From Eledone cirrhosa (lineage: Eukaryota): 64,000 nt of DNA. How positions within the stretch are numbered: the stretch's first letter is position 1; every line of letters starts with the position of its first letter. Below, piece by piece: positions 38,673-49,700 of the stretch. The translations under genes and the position numbers were made by a program. The notes under the pieces were generated by a model. That model worked only from the letters and a program-made list of their open reading frames with translations, made no database searches and was not told the DNA's origin. The stretch covers positions 4,092,001 to 4,156,000 of the forward strand of contig OZ024760.1 of the NCBI GenBank assembly GCA_964016885.1, given 5' to 3'.

Positions 38673-40003
38673 TTAATATAGATGAGATTCTACAGGACTA
38701 GAACTGTTTCATTCATTAGAAATCATCAATATAAAACAAATGTAAAAAGGTAACACACAAGTTGATATATATAAAAACAAATGTAAAAATGTTGAAGAGA
38801 TATTTTTACTGAAATTTCAAAGCATTAATTTAAATTATGTAAATAAATTAATGCTTTGAAATTTCACTAAAAATATCTCTTCAACATTTTCTACTGAAAA
38901 AATCTTTTTCCTTTCTACTATTTCTTTATATACACACACACACACACACACATACGCATATATGGTTAAAAAAGGAGGTAAAGTTCCATACAAATTAATG
39001 ATTATAGGTAAAAAGCAAAAGTGAAAAAGCACAGGGGTATATCTATGTTTAGCTTTTATGTTCAATTTTTGATTTGGTTTTTCTATGGCTAGATACCCTT
39101 CCTAATGCCAACAGCATTACAACGCGTACTAGGAGCATTTTCATGGAACTGGTGCTACATACCAAAGAGAGATTGAACAACAGCAGCCTCTTTGTGAGAT
39201 ATTTGTAAAGAGAGAATAACTTAATGGATAATGATAGGATCAACAGTTCATAGATAATCAGTTGAAATCCACTAGAGATGTTTCAGTGTGTTTTATCAGA
39301 GCAAGACACTTTATTCTAATTGCCACAGTTTCGAGTACTCTGTTGAGTAATGGTCTAACTAGTTTTAAACTAATTCTATCCTGATATATATATATATATA
39401 TAGTTATGCACACAAATGTAATTCATGCTACTGTTCTGGATGTGTGTGTATATATATATATATGGGAAAAAGAGTCAGGACCCCGATGGCTGAGCTCCGG
39501 CCATTTCGACAGCTAGATCCGAACTAAGCCAGAGCTCAGCCGACGGGGTCCTGACTCTTTTCCAATGACCCACTCTACTACCCTAAGTATCAAGTACTCT
39601 GGTGCGTTTTTTTGCTCTACATGGCTGAATACAATAAATGTAATCTGAGTTTTTATATTAATAATAATATTCGATCCGTTTGCAATTATGCAAACAAGCC
39701 TCATTTTTAAAGCCATGTCAGTAGAATGAGCCCCTCATTCTTGCTATTGTGTTGATGAAGGGTAATACCTAGAAACATTAGTGTCTGCAGTTCTGGTTAC
39801 ATGCCAACACAAGAGCAAGAATGAGGGCTCATTCTACTGACATGGCTTTAAAAATTAGGCTTGTTTGCATAATTGCAAACGAATCGAATATTATTATTAA
39901 TATTCGAAAAACTCAGATTACATTTATATATATATATATATACACACACACCTATATATACATATATATATATACATATATATATATACATATATATATA
40001 TAC

Positions 40004-40069
<66 letters not shown>

Positions 40070-40343
40070 AAAAGGAAAAGAATGACTTCACTTGTAGTGT
40101 TAAAAAATTTGATTTAATTTTATAATATTATGAGTTGGTAGATCTAGTAAGTTCTCAGTTAACTTCGGTGGGAAGAATTTTAAAGATTCTTCCCACCGAA
40201 GTTAACAAAGAACTTACTACATCTACCAACTCATAATATTATAATATTATAAAATTAAATCAAAATTTTTTAACACTACAAGTGAAATCATTCTTTTCCT
40301 TTTTTTCAAATATACCTAACTGTACCAAGGATCTCACACACTT

Positions 40344-40384
<41 letters not shown>

Positions 40385-40505
40385 GTTGTACTTCATCCTG
40401 TTGTATGTGTGTGTGGGTGTGTGTGTAACCATGGCAAGATTGATGGTAGCTGTGCTTAACTAGTGTAGCTCCTTACCAGAATATAAATCCCCTGAAACAC
40501 CGTTT

Positions 40506-40582
40506 TTAGTATTGCTGCTGCCTGGAGTGGGAACCCCACAAGTACCAATTGGATCCTTTTAGGTCATCTATGGAATAATCAC
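40506..40582 (-). CDS. TUT4/TUT7: Probable last coding exon of TUT
   Basis: accag|GT; RDYSIDDLKGSNWYLWGSHSRQQQY then TAA; a further donor ctg|gtaagg lies at 40477. Confidence 0.5.
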
Positions 40583-42070
40583 CTGGTAATTACAACATAT
40601 GAATTAATTAAATATAATATAAATTAGCATATGAAACATATGTGAGATAAGTAATAAGTGACTGATAAGTGAAGTTGGTACAATTGGGTTATCTCATAAA
40701 TGTTTCTACTTTTGGAACAAGGCCAGCAATTACCCCCAGTGTATTACTGGTGTTTTATTTTATCAACCCCGTAAGGATGAAAGGCAAAGCTAACCTCAGT
40801 GGGATTTAAACGAGAATGTAAAGCGCCATAAGTCTGTGCTACTAAGCATATTATCTCATAAATAATGTGGTTTTTTCAATTGCATACAATAAGTTAGAAG
40901 GGGTAGGGATAAACACCTACATAAACTTGCTATAAAAGCAGGGGTTAAATTCACCTTGTCACCATTCTTAGTGCAAGCTTTGAAAAGTGCAGTTTATATA
41001 AATTTTTTTTAAATAAGAGGTTTAAAAAAAACTGCATTGTTTATGGGATGTCTCAATATAAAGAGCAAATAAAATAAAACAAAGTACTGGGTAAAATCCC
41101 AGTATATCTCAGGGCTATCACATTCTTTTCAAATGTAAAATGGAAATGGTACATAATAAATAGCACGATCAATGTGATCTTCCATAACTGGTCATGGTAT
41201 GATACATAATTAATATTAATAATTAATAAGTACACCATATCAGATTGCTTTTAAACCCAGCTTTTCCCTGAACTCGTCCAAGCTCTGCCTTTCTCTCACA
41301 CTTAGATTGCACATCCAAACTACAACTATACATACATATATACATACATACATATATATACATACACATATATATTCATACACACCTAATAGCATGTGAA
41401 ATGTTCACCATTGTAGAAGAAAGATACTTACGTCTATTTTGATCATGTCTTGAATTTAAATACATTTGTTGGTTCGGATAAGTATTCGAGCCCTGAAACG
41501 ATGCATATAAACATCATCATCATCATCATCATCATCACCATTCTCGTTTAACCCTTTAGCATCTCAACTGGCCATATCCGGCCAGGATTTTCTCCCCCCT
41601 TTCTGTTCAAACCGGTCGTAACTGGCCGCTCATAATGATGTTAAGGTATTATTCTCAAAATAAATAATATCAAAATCTCATAGATTCAATATTATGTGAG
41701 GTAAAACCTTTTCTGTGAAAATACAATAGGAAATATAGAGTAATGTGAATGCTAAAGGTTAACATCCATTTTCCATGCTTGAATACGTTAGACGAATTGT
41801 CATGTTATGAGTCAAGTCAGGTCAGGTGACCATGACTTGCTCATACAGATCTGTTTCTAGTTTGCATGGATCTGTTATTTTTATCTAAAGACATTTTTTC
41901 CAATTCCACTCCGCCCATCTCCTCAATCTATCTTATTTCTCATTCTTTCTTCTGATGAACGACTAGCGTCCGAAATATTAAGACCCTCTTCCTGGTATTT
42001 CAAGCTTTAACCTAATATATCCCTTCCATATACTATACCGATTGTGTTTTTATTTCTGTTTACCTTTTAC

Positions 42071-42107
<37 letters not shown>

Positions 42108-45100
42108 TATATACATATATACATATATATACATAAGAGAGAGTTGTAGTTAGCATTGAAGCATTGTGGAATATCAAAATAGGTTGTGTTTAGGAAGCTG
42201 CTAAAGTGCAGATGGGGTTGAAAATATTCAGACAACAAACTCAGGTGAAGAAATGGAGAGGTGGGGTTGACTGGAGAAGAGGAAGAGAAAAGGACCAGAG
42301 ATAATGTTACTATGGAAATATTTATTGGTCCTTATATTTTGGATGTACCATCCATTGTCAAGGGAGTTTTTCTTTTGGCGAGCGGGGGCTTTCTGTGCCT
42401 CTGAGTGGCACAGAAAGGCCCTCCCTGATATTATTGTCATCATCGTCATCATTTAACAACCATTATCCCTACTAGTAAGAGCTGGATGGGTCATCACAGA
42501 TCAGTCAGTACTCAAGTGGAGCTACTGACCACTTAGATGGGTGGGTTGGGGACCTGCATCTCACTTACAGATATTTCTGTATGCTACCGAGTGCTTAGAT
42601 GGGCTGGGGATCTTGAATCATGCTCTCATGGCCCCAACACTAGGAAGGTTGTTTGACACGGCTGAAGTTTCCTTCCGACCCTTTATTTGGGCAAGTTTTC
42701 TATGGCTGGATGCAACCCCTAGTTGCTGAAAACAAATTACAAAGACCACGAGAAGACTATGGAGAAATTTGAGGAGGAAGAAAAGGTGTTACTGATGTAC
42801 CTGTACGTTAGGACGATGGTGCAGCGCTGGTGCGTGGTTGCTTTTGTTTTGAGCTGCTGGTTTCAACATAGTCATCGCTCTCTCTGGTCCACTCACAGGG
42901 TGACAAGTGTGAGACGAAGGTACCATCGATGAAATTGGTTGAAGATGTGAACTGACCACCTGAAAATAAGACAAACACATATGGTTGAAGATGTGTAAAT
43001 CTTGGATACTCAAGAGATGTAGTGGGATAATGGGCAGACTAACAGGAAGGGAAGACTTTGCATGTAGAAGATGCACATGGGTAATTGAGGGGAAGAACGC
43101 CAGTAATGTAAACCTTTTCCAGCCACAGGAGATAAGACAAACAACATGGTTACTCCTCGCCCCCACCTCCTAGGTCTGGCCTTGTTGTGGCCACGGGGCT
43201 TGTGTGTTCTTTAAATCCGAGAGATGATCGAACCTACGACATTATGATTGCAAGTGCAACACCCTTACCACTAGCCCACACGCTTCCACAGAGCATTGCC
43301 TTGACAGGGTAAAAGTGGAAAGTTTATATAGTGTAGGTGTCACGATAAAAAGCACCTAGTCCACACTGTAAAGTGATCGTGTAAGTGTCACAACAAAAAG
43401 CACCCAGTCCACACTATAAAGTGGTCGTGTAGGTGTTACAACAAAAAGCACCTAGTCCACACTGTAAAGTGGTCGTGTACGTGTTACAACAAAAAGCACC
43501 CAGTATTCACTGTAAATTAGATGGCATTAGGAAGGGCATCTAGCTGTAGAAACCAAGCCCAAATCAGTTCTATGTGAGCAAGACATGGTCACCTGACTTA
43601 GCATTGCTCACAGCAGAACAACTTGTCTAACCCATGCTAGCATGGAAAAATGGACATAAAACGATGATGATGATGTTGATGATGATGAAGAGCAAATGTA
43701 GAAGGGACTGACTACTTACCGTTGTAGAAGGGAATTGTTGTACAGCCATGTTTTTGTCAGTGGGCCAACCGGCATAATTCATGTTGTACATATTTGGGAA
43801 AGAAGGGCCCCGTTGTACTGATTGCTGTTTTGGTTGTTGTTGTTGCTGCTGTTGTGGTTGCTGTTGTAGTTGGTGGTGTTGTTGTTGCTGGAGGTGATGG
43901 TGCTGCTGCTGTTGTTGTTGTTGTTGGCTGTGCTGCTGTTGTTGTTGTTGGTAATGCTGTTGTTGTTGGTAATGCTGTTGCTGTTTTTGGTGGTGGAGTT
44001 GTTGTTGCTGTTGTGGTTGTGGCTGCTGCTGCTGAAGATGGTGGTGGTGGTGTTGCTGTTGGTGGTGGCGTGGCTGCTGTTGCTGATGGTGGTATTGCTG
44101 CTGCAGCTGTTGATGGTGTTGTTGCTGCTGCATCTGTTGATGGTGATGTTGTTGCTGCTTCTGTTGATGATGGTTATGATGCTGGAGGTGGTGATGGTGA
44201 TTATTACCATCATGTGCAGCATTAGGCACAAGTGGACTCGGTTGTAGTGGTCCTATCAACAATAGAAACAGAGTTTAGTTATAGAATCACAATAGTATAG
44301 TATATCTCCAGGGTATCATAGCATATAGCTACCATACTATAGTATATAGTTACAGTACTATAGAATATAGCTACCATACTGTAGTATATAGCTACCATAC
44401 TATAGTATAGAGCTATCATACTGTAGTATATAGCTACCGTACTATAGTATATAGCCACAGTACTATAGTACATATATACAGTACTATAATATATAGCTAC
44501 AGTACTATAGTATATGGCTACAGTACTATAGTATGTATCCACAATACTACAGTATATAGCTACCATACTATATTATATAGCTACTATACTATAGCATATA
44601 TCCACAGTACTATAGTATATATCCACAATACTATAGTATATAACAACAGTACTATAATATATATCCACAGTATTATAGTATATAGCTGCAGTACTATAGT
44701 ATATATCCATAATACTATAGTATATAGCTATAGTGCCACAGTACTAGAGTATATAACAACAGTACTATAGTATATAGCAACAGTACTATAGTATATATCC
44801 ACAGTATTATAGTATATAGCTGCAGTACTATAGTATATATCCATAATACTATAGTATATAGCTACAGTACTGTAATATATAGCTACAATACTATAGCTAT
44901 AGTTCCACAGTTTATAGTATATAGCAACTGTACTATAGTATCTAGCTACAATACTATATTATATAGCTACAATACTATAGCTATGTGGTCACAGTATTGT
45001 ACACACCACAGTACTAGTCTCGGAGAGCCTGAAAAAGGGTCAAGGGCACATCCCTTTCCTCACTGACTGAACAAAAAAACAAAAAACATTCATCCATTTT

Positions 45101-46671
45101 CCTTCAAACAACAACAACAGAAACAATAATATAGAGATGTTTACTTTGATGATGTGGGTTACCCCAGTTATCTCTGTTCATAGACATATTGTCTCTCTTC
45201 TGTTGTGAGACATCTTGCTTGTTGTTGTTGTTCTCTCTGCAACAAATAAACACTATATAAACAAATAATAACAACAACATAAAATGAAACTTGCTTATGT
45301 ACTATATTTGTTGTTGTTCTTCTTCTTTGCCCACTTATTCCTGGGAAGGTCATGGAAGCAGAGTCCTCAAACACTCCTTCCAGCGGGTCCTGTCAGAAGC
45401 AACCATCTCCAACTGATTCAGCTGGATCCCCAAGTGTGACCAGCCAAGCTCATGGATGTTATCTAACCATCTTGCTCAGGGTCTATCCCCTGGTTCTCCA
45501 GCCAGTTAGCTTTGATCATAAAATCTATTCAACGATTCTTTCCTGAGACATTCTAACCACATGCCCATAGTATCGGAGCTGTGATCTCTCAATTCGGAGA
45601 AGTAGTGGCTCTACCCGGAGTGACTTTCTGATCTCCAAGCTATGCACTTTATTGAGTAACGTTACTCCAAAGACCCTTCGGATGAATCCCATTTCAACCC
45701 TTAAAATTCCTTTATATAACAGTGAATATCAACAGCATATTAGCCAAGTTTTCAGTTTAGAATAGAGTCAACGTGTCCCTGTGTGTCGTAAGAAGCTACT
45801 AAAAGGGTTAGTGTTAGGACAGGCATCCAGCTGTAAAAATGATGATGATTCAAATAAAATTTCACTGTACTTTGTACTACTAAATATATTTTATCTACAT
45901 ATGTGGTCACTATTCGACTATATTTGGTAGTACTAACTATTATATCTACAGATGAGGTCAGTATTTCAATATATTTTGTACTAATTTGTTGTGCTTTCCA
46001 TATTTTGGAGAGAGTTTTTTTCTGGTTGGATGCCCTTCCTATCACCAATTCCTTTACAGCATGGACTGAGCTCATTATTGGAGAGTACAAAAAAAAGAAG
46101 AAAAAATCCAAAGAAATCTGCCGTACTTGTTCCTCTTACTCCTTTTCATGGGACATTCGACAAGAATGTGTCCTATCTTACCACAGGCATGGCAACATCT
46201 ATCTGTTGGGGGTTTACCCTCTTTTAAACGGTTGGCATCAAAGTAGAAGTCCTGAAAGATCGAAGAAATAGAAAACCATTGAAACAAATTTTAACTCTAT
46301 CAACCTTTTACACACACACACACACTCTCTCTCTCTCTCTCACTGTATTTCTCTCTCAATAACAATAACAACAACCTGTCATTATAGCGAAAGTCTCTTT
46401 TTGAGTCTGTGTTGCGTTTGTTACGTTTTAGTTAGTTAGACAACAATAAATATCAACTGAAAATCAGGTGAGTACATACCCCGAGTGTTTCATAATTTGG
46501 GGGTATTTTAGAGATAGGTGTGCCATACACGTTGCGTCCATTAATGAATGTCTTCATAATATAGTTGTTCACTGGAATGAAGAGATTGAAGGGTTAAAAT
46601 GGAGAATCCACACATATAGACATAAACATTGAGTAACACACACACACATATATATGTGTATACGTATGCAT

Positions 46672-46702
<31 letters not shown>

Positions 46703-49700
46703 CACATATATGTGTATCTTACTCAATATCTATATACAGTCTGCTCGCTTTTTACGTGTAGTTACGTTTGTGAACGCGCCATTTAAAGCAAATTCACGTA
46801 ATTCAAGTTTAATTTTCTGATAAATAAAAACATCAAAAACTACACGTGTTATAGCGCATTATTTGTGAATTGGCAGTATCGGTGGAGGGTCGGATGCCAT
46901 GCTTTGACGAATAGAGTTACAGCCCTTGCTATTCTAAGTTCAAATCCCGCCGAGGTTAACTTTGCCTTTCATCCTTACGGGGTTGATAAAATAAAGTACC
47001 AGTAATGCACTGGGATAATTGCTGGCCAAAAGTAGAAACAATTATTTGTGAATATTTAATAATATTTTTTCAAGAGGTGTTAAAGCAAATTCGCGTAATA
47101 TACTTCAAGCTCGTGTAAAAAGCAAACAGACTGTATATATATATAGACACACACACATAGAGAAACTGGCACACACAGCAACACAGATATACAGAAAGGG
47201 ATAGCAAAGATGAGATAGAGAGAGAGAAAGAGAGATTGTAAAAGAGAAGGGATGAGACAGAGAGAATGAGAGTGAGAGACAGTAAGAGTGTGGAAGGAAG
47301 ACAGAAGTGAGAGAAAGACAAGAGAAAGCAATGGTAGACTTACTTTTTCTGGACAATCCAGCACCGAGGTTGTGGGTGATGTCGAATGGATCTGGCAGAA
47401 AGATGGAATAAACAGCAATATAAAAAGGAAGTGGAAAAGGGGAGACATGGGACAGTGGCAGATATGTAACTGTGGTAACATGAGAGGTTAAACACAACAT
47501 CCTTTTACCATTTACTCTGTCTCAATTAAAACACATGCATTAGTTGTAATGCTTTTCTTTATTGCTAGTTCAACTTATAGGTGTCTATATAGAGCTGTCT
47601 ATATATATGTGTGCACATATATATGTATATATATGTATGTGTATATATATGTGTATATATATATATACATATATATTTATGTATATATATATATATATAT
47701 ATATAATCAAAATCGCCAACTCGCTATTTCTGGGATGGCTGTTCCCTTCGGTATAAAGTAACGTTCAAATTTTTCTCGATTCTTCTCTCCATTCGAACCC
47801 ATTCATTCAATCACTTCTATGTCCTAATTTCACACTATATCATATTTTCACCATTCTATATCATATCTTTTCTCTAAAAATCATATTTCCCCTATCACCG
47901 CATTTTCTCTACCGTATTTTCTTAAACAAAACAAATCTTGTATTTTCGTTTATTGTTAAATTATGCCCAATTTTTTCTCGATTCTTCTCTCCATTCGAAC
48001 CCATTCATTCAATCACTTCTATGTCCTAATTTCACACTATATCATATTTTCACCATTCTATATCATATCTTTTCTCTAAAAATCATATTTCCCCTATCAC
48101 CGCATTTTCTCTACCGTATTTTCTTAAACAAAACAAATCTTGTATTTTCGTTTATTGTTAAATTATGCCCAATTTTTTCTCGATTCTTCTCTCCATTCGA
48201 ACCCATTCATTCAATCACTTCTATGTCCTAATTTCACACTATATCATATTTTCACCATTCTATATCATATCTTTTCTCTAAAAATCATATTTCCCCTATC
48301 ACCGCATTTTCTCTACCGTATTTTCTTAAACAAAACAAATCTTGTATTTTCGTTTATTGTTAAATTATGCCCAATTTTTTCTCGATTCTTCTCTCCATTC
48401 GAACCCATTCATTCAATCACTTCTATGTCCTAATTTCACACTATATCATATTTTCACCATTCTATATCATATCTTTTCTCTAAAAATCATATTTCCCCTA
48501 TCACTGCATTTTCTCTACCGTATTTTCTTAAACAAAACAAATCTTGTATTTTCGTTTATTGTTAAATTATGCCCAATTTTTTCTCGATTCTTCTCTCCAT
48601 TCGAACCCATTCATTCAATCACTTCTATGTCCTAAATTCACACTATATCATATTTTCACCATTCTATATCATATCTTTTCTCTAAAAATCATATTTTCCC
48701 TATCACCGCATTTTCTCTATCGTAATTTCTTAAACAAAACAAATCTTGTATTTTCGTTTATTGTTAAATCATGCCCAAAATACGGCGATCTTATCTTAAA
48801 CCTTACATTCTCGCTATCACTATTATATATTCCTTTAAATATAATTTGTTAAACTTGCTAAGTTTTACGCAAATCTTCGAGTACCTATTTAAACTTTTAA
48901 CCTCTGCTCCATCCCATATTCTACCCCCTACCCATTCATCATGCTGGTTCCTGCCCCCCCCCCCCCTCCCTCCCTCTCTATACATATAAGATAAAACCCT
49001 ACCAAAATTAATCAAAATCGCCAACTCGCTATTTCTGGGATGGCTGTTCCCTTCGGTATAAAGTAACGTTCAAATTTTTCTCGATTCTTCTCTCCATTCG
49101 AACCCATTCATTCAATCACTTCTATGTCCTAATTTCACACTATATCATATTTTCACCATTCTATATCATATCTTTTCTCTAAAAATCATATTTCCCCCAT
49201 CACCGCATTTTCTCTACCGTATTTTCTTAAACAAAACAAATCTTGTATTTTCGTTTATTGTTAAATTATGCCCAATTTTTTCTCGATTCTTCTCTCCATT
49301 CGAACCCATTCATTCAATCACTTCTATGTCCTAATTTCACACTATATCATATTTTCACCATTCTATATCATATCTTTTCTCTAAAAATCATATTTCCCCT
49401 ATCACCGCATTTTCTCTACCGTATTTTCTTAAACAAAACAAATCTTGTATTTTCGTTTATTGTTAAATTATGCCCAATTTTTTCTCGATTCTTCTCTCCA
49501 TTCGAACCCATTCATTCAATCACTTCTATGTCCTAATTTCACACTATATCATATTTTCACCATTCTATATCATATCTTTTCTCTAAAAATCATATTTCCC
49601 CTATCACCGCATTTTCTCTACCGTATTTTCTTAAACAAAACAAATCTTGTATTTTCGTTTATTGTTAAATTATGCCCAATTTTTTCTCGACTCTTCTCTC

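Noticed and set aside
46136-46142. Alternative donor gtaaga inside the TUT knuckle exon
   Set aside because: Its phase puts the next candidate exon into a frame with a stop; it would fit only if that exon is skipped, which I cannot test.
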